A stretch of DNA of 64,000 nt from Escherichia coli (GTDB taxonomy: Bacteria; Pseudomonadota; Gammaproteobacteria; Enterobacterales; Enterobacteriaceae). Position numbers and translations under genes: made by a program. The notes below the pieces were generated by a model. The model was not told where the DNA came from. It saw only the letters and a list, made by a program, of their open reading frames with translations, and did not search any database. The stretch lies in the NCBI RefSeq assembly GCF_001677475.2, contig NZ_CP015229.1. One strand, given 5' to 3'. Numbering within the stretch: the first letter of the stretch is position 1; each line of letters starts with the position of its first letter. This document shows positions 38,780 through 53,700 of this stretch, one piece after another.

Positions 38780-40093
38780 ATGATAACCAATACAAAGCTT
38801 GACCCGATTGAAACCGCGTCTGTTGATGAGTTACAGGCGTTGCAAACACAGCGTCTGAAATGGACGCTCAAACACGCGTATGAAAATGTGCCGATGTATC
38901 GGCGCAAATTCGACGCAGCAGGCGTACATCCTGATGATTTCAGGGAACTTTCAGACCTGCGTAAATTTCCCTGTACCACCAAACAGGATCTGCGCGACAA
39001 CTATCCCTTCGACACCTTTGCCGTGCCGATGGAACAAGTGGTGCGCATTCATGCTTCTTCGGGAACCACAGGTAAACCGACAGTTGTCGGCTATACGCAA
39101 AACGATATTGATAACTGGGCCAATATTGTAGCGCGTTCCTTGCGTGCGGCAGGTGGCACGCCCAAAGACAAAATTCATGTTGCCTATGGTTACGGCCTGT
39201 TTACTGGTGGGCTGGGCGCGCACTATGGTGCCGAACGTCTGGGCGCTACGGTGATCCCGATGTCTGGCGGGCAGACGGAAAAACAAGCGCAACTGATCCG
39301 CGATTTTCAACCAGATATGATCATGGTTACGCCATCTTATTGCCTTAACCTGATTGAAGAGCTGGAGCGGCAGTTGGGCGGTGATGCCAGCGGTTGCTCG
39401 CTGCGAGTTGGAGTGTTTGGTGCTGAGCCGTGGACACAGGCCATGCGTAAAGAGATTGAGCGTCGCCTGGGGATCACCGCACTGGATATTTACGGCCTGT
39501 CAGAAGTGATGGGGCCGGGGGTGGCGATGGAGTGTCTGGAAACTACCGACGGCCCAACCATTTGGGAAGATCATTTCTATCCTGAAATTGTTAATCCTCA
39601 GGACGGCACACCACTTGCCGATGGCGAACATGGCGAACTGTTATTCACCACGCTGACCAAAGAAGCATTGCCGGTCATTCGTTACCGCACGCGTGATTTA
39701 ACCCGACTGTTACCAGGAACGGCGCGGACTATGCGCCGCATGGATCGCATCAGCGGACGCAGCGATGACATGTTGATCATTCGCGGTGTAAATGTATTCC
39801 CGTCACAATTGGAAGAAGAGATTGTCAAATTCGAACATTTATCGCCGCATTACCAACTGGAGGTGAACCGCCGGGGGCATCTTGATTCACTTTCTGTGAA
39901 AGTGGAGTTGAAAGAAAGTAGCCTGACATTGACGCATGAGCAGCGTTGCCAGGTGTGCCACCAGTTGCGCCATCGGATTAAGTCGATGGTGGGGATCTCT
40001 ACCGATGTGATGATCGTTAACTGTGGCAGTATCCCGCGTTCAGAAGGCAAGGCGTGTCGGGTGTTTGATCTGCGCAATATTGTTGGTGCCTGA
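38780..40093 (+). CDS. paaK: Phenylacetate-CoA ligase
   Basis: 437 aa from MITNTKLDPIE... Confidence 0.9.
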   Translation: MITNTKLDPIETASVDELQALQTQRLKWTLKHAYENVPMYRRKFDAAGVHPDDFRELSDLRKFPCTTKQDLRDNYPFDTFAVPMEQVVRIHASSGTTGKPTVVGYTQNDIDNWANIVARSLRAAGGTPKDKIHVAYGYGLFTGGLGAHYGAERLGATVIPMSGGQTEKQAQLIRDFQPDMIMVTPSYCLNLIEELERQLGGDASGCSLRVGVFGAEPWTQAMRKEIERRLGITALDIYGLSEVMGPGVAMECLETTDGPTIWEDHFYPEIVNPQDGTPLADGEHGELLFTTLTKEALPVIRYRTRDLTRLLPGTARTMRRMDRISGRSDDMLIIRGVNVFPSQLEEEIVKFEHLSPHYQLEVNRRGHLDSLSVKVELKESSLTLTHEQRCQVCHQLRHRIKSMVGISTDVMIVNCGSIPRSEGKACRVFDLRNIVGA

Positions 40094-40193
40094 CGTGTCG
40101 CCTGGCCCTGGTGAGGTAAAGCGCCAGGGCCAGAAGTCGATACGACCTGTGCTATGATTCATAAATCACAACAATAACAACAGACTGAATCGA

Positions 40194-41144
40194 ATGAGTA
40201 AACTTGATACTTTTATCCAACATGCTGTCAACGCTGTTCCTGTCAGTGGCACATCTTTGATCTCCTCTCTGTATGGTGATTCGCTTTCCCATCGTGGTGG
40301 TGAAATCTGGCTGGGTAGTCTGGCTGCTTTGCTGGAAGGGCTGGGATTTGGTGAGCGTTTCGTCCGCACCGCTTTGTTTCGTCTTAATAAAGAAGGCTGG
40401 CTGGATGTTTCCCGCATCGGGCGACGCAGTTTCTATAGCCTCAGTGATAAAGGCTTGCGTCTGACGCGACGGGCAGAAAGTAAAATTTATCGCGCAGAGC
40501 AACCTGCATGGGATGGTAAATGGCTCCTGTTGCTCTCGGAAGGTTTAGATAAATCAACGCTGGCTGATGTCAAAAAGCAGTTGATCTGGCAAGGTTTTGG
40601 CGCACTGGCACCCAGCCTGATGGCATCGCCGTCGCAAAAACTGGCGGATGTACAGACACTTTTGCATGAAGCGGGTGTGGCGGATAACGTGATTTGTTTT
40701 GAAGCGCAAATACCACTGGCGCTTTCTCGTGCAGCACTGCGTGCCAGAGTGGAAGAGTGCTGGCATTTAACTGAACAAAATGCCATGTACGAAACCTTTA
40801 TTCAGTCATTCCGCCCGCTGGTGCCGCTGTTAAAAGAGACGGCAGACGAGTTAACCCCGGAGCGTGCATTTCATATTCAGCTTTTACTGATCCATTTTTA
40901 TCGCCGTGTCGTCCTTAAAGACCCATTATTGCCGGAGGAGTTGCTTCCGGCACACTGGGCAGGGCATACGGCGCGTCAGCTGTGTATCAACATTTATCAG
41001 CGCGTAGCGCCTGCTGCTTTAGCGTTCGTTAGTGAAAAAGGTGAAACCTCGGTCGGTGAACTGCCTTCGCCGGGTAGCCTGTATTTTCAACGTTTTGGCG
41101 GTTTGAATATTGAACAGGAGGCGTTATGCCAATTTATCAGATAG
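40194..41144 (+). CDS. paaX: Phenylacetyl-CoA-responsive transcriptional repressor PaaX
   Basis: 316 aa. Confidence 0.95.
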   Translation: MSKLDTFIQHAVNAVPVSGTSLISSLYGDSLSHRGGEIWLGSLAALLEGLGFGERFVRTALFRLNKEGWLDVSRIGRRSFYSLSDKGLRLTRRAESKIYRAEQPAWDGKWLLLLSEGLDKSTLADVKKQLIWQGFGALAPSLMASPSQKLADVQTLLHEAGVADNVICFEAQIPLALSRAALRARVEECWHLTEQNAMYETFIQSFRPLVPLLKETADELTPERAFHIQLLLIHFYRRVVLKDPLLPEELLPAHWAGHTARQLCINIYQRVAPAALAFVSEKGETSVGELPSPGSLYFQRFGGLNIEQEALCQFIR

Positions 41145-41716
41145 ACGGTCTGACTCCGGTTGTACCAGAAGAGAGTTTTGTTCATCCGACAGCGGTATTG
41201 ATCGGCGATGTTATTCTCGGCAAGGGCGTTTACGTTGGACCAAATGCCAGTCTGCGTGGCGATTTTGGTCGTATCGTGGTGAAAGATGGCGCGAACATTC
41301 AGGATAATTGCGTTATGCACGGTTTTCCCGAGCAGGATACTGTCGTTGAAGAAGATGGGCATATTGGTCATAGCGCTATCCTTCACGGCTGCATTATCCG
41401 CCGCAATGCATTAGTGGGAATGAACGCGGTCGTGATGGACGGTGCGGTGATTGGCGAGAATAGCATTGTTGGCGCATCCGCATTTGTGAAAGCCAAAGCA
41501 GAAATGCCTGCTAATTACCTGATTGTCGGCAGCCCGGCGAAACCGATTCGTGAACTCAGTGAGCAGGAGCTGGCATGGAAAAAGCAGGGCACGCATGAGT
41601 ATCAGGTGCTGGTGACACGTTGTAAGCAGACGTTGCATCAAGTCGAACCATTGCGGGAAGTTGAGGCTGGCAGGCAGCGTCTGGTATTTGATGAGAATCT
41701 GCGACCGAAACAGTAA
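41126..41716 (+). CDS. paaY: Hexapeptide-repeat thioesterase/acyltransferase PaaY
   Basis: 196 aa left-handed beta-helix protein; overlaps paaX end. Confidence 0.95.
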   Translation: MPIYQIDGLTPVVPEESFVHPTAVLIGDVILGKGVYVGPNASLRGDFGRIVVKDGANIQDNCVMHGFPEQDTVVEEDGHIGHSAILHGCIIRRNALVGMNAVVMDGAVIGENSIVGASAFVKAKAEMPANYLIVGSPAKPIRELSEQELAWKKQGTHEYQVLVTRCKQTLHQVEPLREVEAGRQRLVFDENLRPKQ

Positions 41717-41760
41717 CGTCCTGATGCTGGACGTTCTAATTTTTAGCATGTGATACCTAA

Positions 41761-41793
41761 ACCGCAACGCTGATACAGGTTGCGGTTTTTTTA
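41761..41793 (+). terminator. Rho-independent terminator after paaY
   Basis: Stem ACCGCAAC/GTTGCGGT followed by TTTTTTT. Confidence 0.75.
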
Positions 41794-41947
41794 TTGCCGA
41801 ATGCGGCGCTTTACGCGTTTTGTTTTGGTGTCTTTCAGGACAATAGAGCAACTCATCCAGTAATCTTGTTTACGCCTTCGCATTATTTATCTCTTTTCGT
41901 TTCTATACTGATTTTTCTCAATCCGTTTTATTACAGGGCAGGGTGCG

Positions 41948-42808
41948 ATGAGCAGCAATACATTTACTCTCGGTACTAAATCCGTTAACCGTCTTGGTTA
42001 TGGCGCGATGCAACTGGCAGGTCCTGGGGTTTTTGGCCCCCCAAGAGATCGCCACGTCGCTATAACCGTGCTGCGTGAGGCGCTGGCATTGGGCGTCAAT
42101 CACATTGATACCAGCGACTTTTATGGTCCGCACGTCACCAATCAGATTATCCGCGAAGCGCTTTATCCTTACTCTGACGACCTGACAATTGTCACTAAAA
42201 TTGGTGCGCGGCGTGGAGAGGACGCTTCCTGGTTGCCCGCCTTTTCTCCGTCAGAGCTGCAAAAAGCGGTGCACGATAATCTACGTAATCTCGGGCTGGA
42301 CGTACTGGATGTGGTTAACTTGCGCATTATGATGGGGGATGGTCATGGCCCAGCGGAAGGCTCGATTGAGGCCAGCCTGACCGTGCTGGCAGAGATGCAA
42401 CAACAAGGCCTGGTAAAACATATTGGCCTGAGCAACGTCACACCGACGCAGGTTGCAGAGGCGCGCAAGATTGCCGAAATTGTCTGTGTGCAAAACGAAT
42501 ACAACATCGCGCACCGTGCTGATGATGCAATGATTGATGCTTTGGCCCACGATGGCATTGCCTACGTGCCGTTCTTCCCGCTCGGGGGCTTTACACCGCT
42601 GCAATCCTCTACGCTGTCGGATGTTGCTGCGAGCCTGGGTGCAACACCCATGCAGGTGGCGCTGGCGTGGCTGTTACAACGTTCACCGAATATTTTGCTG
42701 ATCCCAGGGACGTCTTCTGTTGCTCATTTACGGGAGAATATGGCTGCTGAAAAATTGCATCTTTCTGAGGAAGTGTTGTCTACGTTGGATGGTATTTCGC
42801 GAGAATAA
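41948..42808 (+). CDS. ydbC: Aldo/keto reductase family oxidoreductase
   Basis: 286 aa; K-12 synteny. Confidence 0.85.
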   Translation: MSSNTFTLGTKSVNRLGYGAMQLAGPGVFGPPRDRHVAITVLREALALGVNHIDTSDFYGPHVTNQIIREALYPYSDDLTIVTKIGARRGEDASWLPAFSPSELQKAVHDNLRNLGLDVLDVVNLRIMMGDGHGPAEGSIEASLTVLAEMQQQGLVKHIGLSNVTPTQVAEARKIAEIVCVQNEYNIAHRADDAMIDALAHDGIAYVPFFPLGGFTPLQSSTLSDVAASLGATPMQVALAWLLQRSPNILLIPGTSSVAHLRENMAAEKLHLSEEVLSTLDGISRE

Positions 42809-42820
42809 CGAATATACAAA

Positions 42821-42846
42821 AGGGAAAGATGCATTTCCCTTTTTTT
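42821..42846 (+). terminator. Rho-independent terminator after ydbC
   Basis: Stem AGGGAAA/TTTCCCT followed by TTTTTT. Confidence 0.65.
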
Positions 42847-42870
42847 CTTTTTTAATGGCATGGAGTGCAT

Positions 42871-45177
42871 ATGTTTAAGGCCAGGAATTGCAGCTGGATA
42901 GGTTTACTTCCCCTGTTTATGCTGAGTCTTCCAGTACAGGCGGAACTTCGATGTGTTGCAAATGCAGTTGATATTGAACCATTTTTTTCTGCGGCTACCG
43001 CTGAAGATAAACAACAAGTTGAACAAGCTATCAACAGTAGCGTGAATCTTGTCCCCGTCGGTTTATCTGCACCGGACTGGAAAGTGCATCGTGGCAATTT
43101 AGTGGTGGAAGGTAATATAGAGAGTAATGAAAAATTGATTGTTCTTGGCAATTTGACAGTCAAAGGAAATATTTCCACTTTCTCTCTTTCTAATCCATGG
43201 GTTATTCTCGGTGATGTGACGGCAACGAATATATTTACGGATTCACCACTGTTAATTACCGGTTCGATAGATGCAAGTGGACTGGTATTTATCGACTCAT
43301 ATTACGATAATCCGTCTACGATTAAGGGAAGTATTAATGCGCGCGGGATATTTATCAATGACATAATTGCACCTGTTGTTGTGTCTTCGATAAATAGCGA
43401 ATTCATGGTCCGTGCGGGAGACAAAAATGACACTGAAAATGTCAAAAAAGCACTGACGATAATAAATCCTGATGCATATTATTGGGGCCTAATAAATGAT
43501 GAAGATGCTCTGAAAGAAATTTTTAAGCGAAGCAATATTCGCATGGCAGGGAATGTCTGTAATCAGATGAAAAAAGAAGCGCTGTTTCGCCCTAAGCCTT
43601 CTCCTGAGTTAGTGCAGGAATTGCAAATGCTGGATGAAGGCAAAGTTGCTGCATTTGAAGGACGAGACATTGCGACATTTGATCTTGCCGTAATGCGAAC
43701 TCTCCCAAGGCTTAAAGGAATTTCAGCTAACCTACGCAAACAACTTATTAATAGCAATGATGAACAAACGATTGAAAGTATGGCGAGATATATGCCCGAC
43801 AATGAGATTCTGGAGTTGACCGATCAGCAATTGGGTTACCAGCCTGTGGTTCTGGGGTTGCTCAACCGTGAACCGCTCTCTGTCGAAATAATGACGCGAA
43901 TGAGTCGTCTACCTAATGGTGTCGGTCCGTTGAATCTTGCGCTACGTGAAGATCTCCCTCTGGATATCGTCATGACTCTGGCGAAAAGAGATTGGGATAT
44001 GATCATTCAGGAGCTTTATAAAGATGCGTGGTTATTGCCCGAATCCATTATTGATGGCTATATCCGCAGTGATGATTCCTCTATTCGTCAGGTCGGTGCT
44101 GGAGGACAACTCACCTACAATCAGGCAATGCAGTTGGCGAACGATTCATCAAACAATGTTGTCACAAGCTTAGCGTTCAAGCTGGCAGAGATGAAGCACC
44201 ATGGTCAATTGTTGCGGATGACGCCACAAGAGAGTGACAAAGTTGCAGGCTATTTATACCAAAAATTCGAGAATGACGATGATCTAATACGTGTGTTATT
44301 TTTAGCATTGCCAGATAACTTACAGTTTAATTTTGTTAAAAGGATGGAGAAAAAATCCCCGGCCTACTTTTGCTGTCGGGATATGCAGGTAATTCACTCT
44401 GACGCTGCTTTACAACGGTTATTGACACGTTTCAACGATCCTGAGGGGTGGAGTAATCTGGCGAAAAATCAGTATCTGAGTACGGCGAAGAAACAAAAAA
44501 TTTGGCATCGCGCTTTATCGCATCGAAAAAATAATCCGAAAGCAGATTCAGCTGCATATGAAACCAGCGCTGATATGATTTTGTCTGAGCTTATCAGCCA
44601 CGGTGAAGTTGATGACCAGATGCTATTAAATGCCACCGCCCTGATACGTTTGGAAGACTGGGACTTTTTAGAGAGTGCATTAGTTAGTTGGGATAATTTA
44701 CCCGCTGTTGTCCTCAAGGAATTACAGCAAAATACGCCACGCAATGATATTTGGGCGAAGTTTTTTCTGAGGCAGGAAAACAGCTCCCGTGCGCAGGTTG
44801 ATGAAGCATTACGCGTCTATTATGCACTCGACCCCGGTGCGTTAGCACAACTGGATGTACTGGCAAAACAACCGGATCGTATATGGTGGAGTACACTGGC
44901 GAAAAGCAATCTCACATTTTTCAAGTTCGGCGCACTTAACAACCGCCACACACCGCCTGCAGTACTGGCGGCAGAAATTGATCCCGAGTGGTGGATTGTG
45001 GCGATGAATAATCCCCGTTTTCCAGTTGATGTATTAAAGGCGAGGCTGAAACGTGATCCTTTGCTGGCGTTAGAGCTTGTTAACCCTGAACTGGATTTAG
45101 TCCGCCAGCTGGCGCTTAACGGTAAGACGCGCGCAATACGGGAACAAGCGATGAAAAAACTTGATGAGTTGTATTGA
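42871..45177 (+). CDS. ydbD: Large uncharacterised protein YdbD with N-terminal signal peptide
   Basis: 768 aa from ATG 42871 (the ORF track begins at GTG 42865). Confidence 0.8.
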   Translation: MFKARNCSWIGLLPLFMLSLPVQAELRCVANAVDIEPFFSAATAEDKQQVEQAINSSVNLVPVGLSAPDWKVHRGNLVVEGNIESNEKLIVLGNLTVKGNISTFSLSNPWVILGDVTATNIFTDSPLLITGSIDASGLVFIDSYYDNPSTIKGSINARGIFINDIIAPVVVSSINSEFMVRAGDKNDTENVKKALTIINPDAYYWGLINDEDALKEIFKRSNIRMAGNVCNQMKKEALFRPKPSPELVQELQMLDEGKVAAFEGRDIATFDLAVMRTLPRLKGISANLRKQLINSNDEQTIESMARYMPDNEILELTDQQLGYQPVVLGLLNREPLSVEIMTRMSRLPNGVGPLNLALREDLPLDIVMTLAKRDWDMIIQELYKDAWLLPESIIDGYIRSDDSSIRQVGAGGQLTYNQAMQLANDSSNNVVTSLAFKLAEMKHHGQLLRMTPQESDKVAGYLYQKFENDDDLIRVLFLALPDNLQFNFVKRMEKKSPAYFCCRDMQVIHSDAALQRLLTRFNDPEGWSNLAKNQYLSTAKKQKIWHRALSHRKNNPKADSAAYETSADMILSELISHGEVDDQMLLNATALIRLEDWDFLESALVSWDNLPAVVLKELQQNTPRNDIWAKFFLRQENSSRAQVDEALRVYYALDPGALAQLDVLAKQPDRIWWSTLAKSNLTFFKFGALNNRHTPPAVLAAEIDPEWWIVAMNNPRFPVDVLKARLKRDPLLALELVNPELDLVRQLALNGKTRAIREQAMKKLDELY

Positions 45178-45346
45178 TCCACAACGTAATATTTCTTAAC
45201 TATTTGATTAATTGGGATAATCATTCCTGACAGTGAGTCCCCAATACCTTGATATATTCTGAATTTTTAATGAAGCGGCGTGTTGCGATATCTCCGTCAG
45301 GGGAATTGATGCACCATAACGCAAACCGAATTATCAAGGATTGATA

Positions 45347-45952
45347 ATGACGCTCTACCAGATAAAACCGCTCTTTCAGTCGCTGTTAAGGCCGACGATG
45401 TTTTGGCTTTATAAGCACCACGTTACAGCGAATCACATCACTCTTGCTGCACTGGCGCTTTCTCTTCTTACCGGTTTGCTGTTGATGTTGGTGTCACAAC
45501 CCATCCTCTTTATGCTATTGCCCATCGTGCTTTTTGTCCGTATGGCGCTTAACGCGCTGGATGGTATGCTTGCGCGTGAGTGCAATCAGCAAACACGGCT
45601 TGGGGCAATTTTGAATGAGACTGGCGATGTTATTTCCGATATTGCTCTCTATTTACCGTTTTTATTTTTACCGGAAAGTAACGCATCACTCGTGATACTC
45701 ATGTTATTTTGCACCATATTGACCGAGTTTTGCGGTTTACTCGTGCAGACGATTAACGGTGTTCGCAATTATGCCGGTCCATTTGGCAAAAGCGATCGCG
45801 CGTTAATATTTGGTCTGTGGGGGCTAGCCGTTGCCATTTATCCACAGTGGATGCAATGGAATAATCTTTTATGGAGCATTGCTTCAATTCTGCTTCTCTG
45901 GACTGCGATTAATCGTTGTCGGAGTGTGCTCCTGATGAGCGCTGAAAGATAA
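45347..45952 (+). CDS. ynbA: CDP-alcohol phosphatidyltransferase family membrane protein
   Basis: 201 aa; motif DGMLAR...G...DVISD; multiple TM segments. Confidence 0.85.
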   Translation: MTLYQIKPLFQSLLRPTMFWLYKHHVTANHITLAALALSLLTGLLLMLVSQPILFMLLPIVLFVRMALNALDGMLARECNQQTRLGAILNETGDVISDIALYLPFLFLPESNASLVILMLFCTILTEFCGLLVQTINGVRNYAGPFGKSDRALIFGLWGLAVAIYPQWMQWNNLLWSIASILLLWTAINRCRSVLLMSAER

Positions 45953-46848
45953 TGCTGGAAAAATCTCTGGCAACACTTTTCGCGTTGTTAATTTTAGCAA
46001 CGCTGATAAACCGTTTTCTGGTATGGCGGTTACCGGAGAGAAAAGAGGATGAAGTTACATTACGTATTCGTACCTGGTGGGGCATCGTCATTTGTTTTTC
46101 ACTGGTGATTTCAGGTCCACGCTGGATGACGTTGACGTTTTTTACGCTGATAAGTTTTCTGGCATTGAAAGAATATTGTACGCTTATATCCGTACATTTT
46201 CCGCGTTGGTTATATTGGGTTATTCCTCTTAACTATTTGCTTATCGGTTTTAATTGCTTTGAGCTGTTTCTGTTATTTATACCTTTGACTGGGTTTCTGA
46301 TATTAGCCACCTGGCGAGTTTTTGTGGGTGACCCCTCCGGTTTTCTGCATACCGTGAGCGCCATTTTTTGGGGCTGGATAATGACCGTTTTTGCCTTGAG
46401 TCATGCCGCCTGGCTATTAATGTTGCCAACCATAAATATCCAGGGCGGGGCGTTACTGGTGTTATTTCTTTTGGCGTTAACCGAGTCAAACGATATTGCA
46501 CAGTATTTATGGGGGAAATCCTGCGGCAGAAGAAAAGTGGTCCCCAAAGTCAGCCCAGGAAAAACGCTGGAAGGTCTGGTGGGGGGCGTAATCACCACCA
46601 TGATTGCGTCACTGATTATTGGACCGTTGCTGACACCGCTAAATACATTACAGGCATTATTAGCGGGTTTGTTAATTGGTATTAGTGGTTTTTGCGGCGA
46701 TGTAGTGATGTCAGCCATCAAACGAGATATTGGTGTTAAAGATAGTGGAAAACTATTACCAGGACATGGCGGACTCCTTGACAGGATTGACTCATTAATT
46801 TTCACCGCTCCGGTATTTTTTTATTTTATTCGCTACTGCTGTTACTGA
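45952..46848 (+). CDS. ynbB: CdsA-like phosphatidate cytidylyltransferase family membrane protein
   Basis: 298 aa; C-terminal CDS signature SAIKRDIGVKDSGKLLPGHGGLLDRIDS; start overlaps ynbA stop. Confidence 0.85.
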   Translation: MLEKSLATLFALLILATLINRFLVWRLPERKEDEVTLRIRTWWGIVICFSLVISGPRWMTLTFFTLISFLALKEYCTLISVHFPRWLYWVIPLNYLLIGFNCFELFLLFIPLTGFLILATWRVFVGDPSGFLHTVSAIFWGWIMTVFALSHAAWLLMLPTINIQGGALLVLFLLALTESNDIAQYLWGKSCGRRKVVPKVSPGKTLEGLVGGVITTMIASLIIGPLLTPLNTLQALLAGLLIGISGFCGDVVMSAIKRDIGVKDSGKLLPGHGGLLDRIDSLIFTAPVFFYFIRYCCY

Positions 46849-46863
46849 AGGAAAATAGAGAAA

Positions 46864-49927
<3,064 letters not shown>

Positions 49928-49977
49928 GTGGATTGAGATGTGGACTGAACTACAGTCCACATCAAGATCGTATCCGG

Positions 49978-50592
<615 letters not shown>

Positions 50593-50783
50593 TTATAGAT
50601 GTTTGAATGGGCGATGCCCCGTTGCTTGTTGACACTTTATTCACAATCCTGCCACAGAGATAGCGCAATAAATCGAAGCCTATGTTCGAATTTATTGAAC
50701 AACGCATAGAAAGCCGCGATGTGGTACTCTATATCTATCATTTAAAAGAAAATTAATCAGGCAGACTACTGCCCACTAACGTT

Positions 50784-53700
50784 ATGACAGAACAACAAAA
50801 ATTGACCTTTACTGCTTTGCAACAGCGGCTGGATTCGCTGATGCTGCGCGACAGACTGCGTTTTTCTCGCCGTCTGCACGGTGTTAAGAAGGTTAAAAAT
50901 CCTGATGCACAACAGGCCATTTTCCAGGAAATGGCGAAAGAGATTGACCAGGCGGCAGGGAAAGTCCTGCTGCGTGAAGCGGCACGACCGGAAATCACTT
51001 ATCCGGACAATTTGCCAGTTAGTCAGAAAAAGCAGGACATACTCGAAGCGATTCGCGATCACCAGGTGGTGATCGTCGCCGGGGAAACGGGTTCTGGTAA
51101 AACGACTCAGTTACCGAAAATCTGTATGGAGCTGGGGCGCGGGATTAAAGGGCTGATCGGCCATACCCAGCCGCGTCGCCTGGCGGCAAGAACGGTGGCG
51201 AACCGTATTGCGGAAGAGCTGAAAACGGAGCCGGGCGGTTGCATCGGTTACAAAGTGCGTTTCAACGATCACGTAAGTGATAACACGATGGTCAAGCTGA
51301 TGACCGACGGTATCCTGTTGGCGGAGATCCAACAAGACCGCCTGCTAATGCAGTACGACACCATCATTATTGACGAGGCGCACGAACGCAGCCTGAATAT
51401 CGATTTTCTGCTCGGCTATTTGAAAGAGTTGCTGCCGCGGCGTCCTGACCTAAAAATCATTATCACTTCCGCGACTATCGACCCGGAACGCTTTTCGCGC
51501 CACTTTAATAATGCGCCGATTATTGAAGTCTCCGGTCGGACTTATCCGGTGGAAGTGCGCTATCGCCCGATAGTTGAAGATGCGGATGACACTGAGCGCG
51601 ACCAGTTGCAGGCGATTTTTGACGCCGTGGATGAACTGGGGCGTGAAAGTGCCGGCGACATTCTGATCTTTATGAGCGGCGAGCGGGAAATTCGCGATAC
51701 CGCCGATGCGCTGAACAAGCTGAATCTGCGTCATACGGAAATTTTACCGCTTTATGCGCGGCTTTCGAATAGCGAACAGAACCGCGTGTTCCAGTCGCAC
51801 AGCGGACGGCGTATTGTGCTGGCGACCAACGTCGCGGAAACCTCGCTGACCGTACCGGGGATTAAATACGTTATCGACCCCGGTACGGCGCGTATCAGCC
51901 GCTACAGCTATCGCACCAAAGTGCAGCGTTTGCCGATTGAACCCATTTCACAGGCGTCTGCCAATCAGCGTAAAGGCCGTTGTGGTCGTGTGTCCGAAGG
52001 GATCTGTATTCGTCTCTATTCCGAAGACGATTTCCTCTCGCGCCCGGAGTTTACCGATCCAGAGATTCTGCGTACCAACCTGGCCTCGGTTATTTTGCAG
52101 ATGACCGCGCTGGGGCTGGGCGATATCGCTGCGTTCCCGTTTGTCGAAGCACCGGATAAACGCAATATCCAGGATGGCGTGCGTCTGCTCGAAGAGCTGG
52201 GCGCGATCACCACTGATGAACAGGCCAGCGCCTATAAACTGACGCCGCTCGGTCGTCAGCTCTCGCAGTTGCCTGTCGACCCACGTCTGGCGCGTATGGT
52301 GCTGGAAGCGCAAAAACATGGCTGCGTGCGTGAGGCGATGATTATCACGTCCGCGCTCTCCATTCAGGATCCGCGCGAACGTCCGATGGACAAACAGCAG
52401 GCATCGGACGAAAAACATCGTCGCTTCCACGACAAAGAGTCTGACTTCCTGGCGTTTGTGAATCTGTGGAATTATCTTGGCGAGCAGCAAAAGGCGCTTT
52501 CTTCAAACGCCTTCCGTCGCCTGTGTCGTACCGATTATCTCAACTATCTGCGTGTGCGCGAATGGCAGGATATCTACACCCAGTTGCGTCAGGTGGTGAA
52601 AGAACTTGGCATTCCGGTCAACAGCGAACCGGCGGAGTATCGCGAAATTCACATCGCCTTACTGACCGGTTTGCTTTCCCATATCGGCATGAAAGATGCC
52701 GATAAACAGGAATATACCGGTGCACGTAACGCGCGTTTCTCCATCTTCCCCGGTTCTGGTTTATTCAAAAAGCCGCCGAAATGGGTAATGGTGGCGGAAT
52801 TGGTAGAAACCAGCCGCCTGTGGGGGCGCATTGCTGCGCGTATCGATCCAGAATGGGTGGAACCCGTTGCGCAGCATTTGATTAAACGCACCTACAGCGA
52901 ACCGCACTGGGAACGGGCGCAGGGCGCGGTGATGGCAACGGAAAAAGTCACTGTGTATGGATTGCCGATTGTTGCCGCGCGCAAGGTCAACTACAGCCAG
53001 ATTGATCCGGCGTTATGTCGTGAACTCTTTATTCGCCACGCGCTGGTGGAAGGTGACTGGCAGACGCGTCACGCATTCTTCCGTGAAAACCTGAAACTGC
53101 GGGCCGAAGTGGAAGAACTGGAACACAAATCACGTCGCCGCGATATTCTGGTTGATGACGAAACGTTGTTTGAGTTTTATGACCAGCGCATCAGCCACGA
53201 TGTAATCTCCGCTCGTCACTTCGACAGCTGGTGGAAAAAAGTCAGCCGCGAAACGCCTGATTTGCTGAACTTTGAAAAGAGCATGTTGATCAAAGAAGGG
53301 GCGGAAAAAATCAGCAAGCTGGATTACCCGAACTTCTGGCATCAGGGCAATCTCAAGCTGCGTTTGAGCTATCAGTTTGAGCCCGGCGCGGATGCTGACG
53401 GTGTGACGGTACATATCCCGCTGCCGTTACTTAATCAGGTTGAGGAGAGTGGGTTTGAGTGGCAGATCCCCGGCCTGCGCCGCGAACTGATCATCGCGCT
53501 GATTAAATCGTTGCCGAAACCGGTACGGCGTAATTTTGTACCCGCGCCAAACTACGCCGAAGCGTTCTTAGGCCGCGTCACGCCACTGGAGCTGCCGTTG
53601 CTCGACAGCCTTGAGCGCGAGCTACGTAGGATGACCGGCGTTACCGTTGACCGCGAGGACTGGCACTGGGATCAGGTGCCCGATCACCTGAAAATCACCT

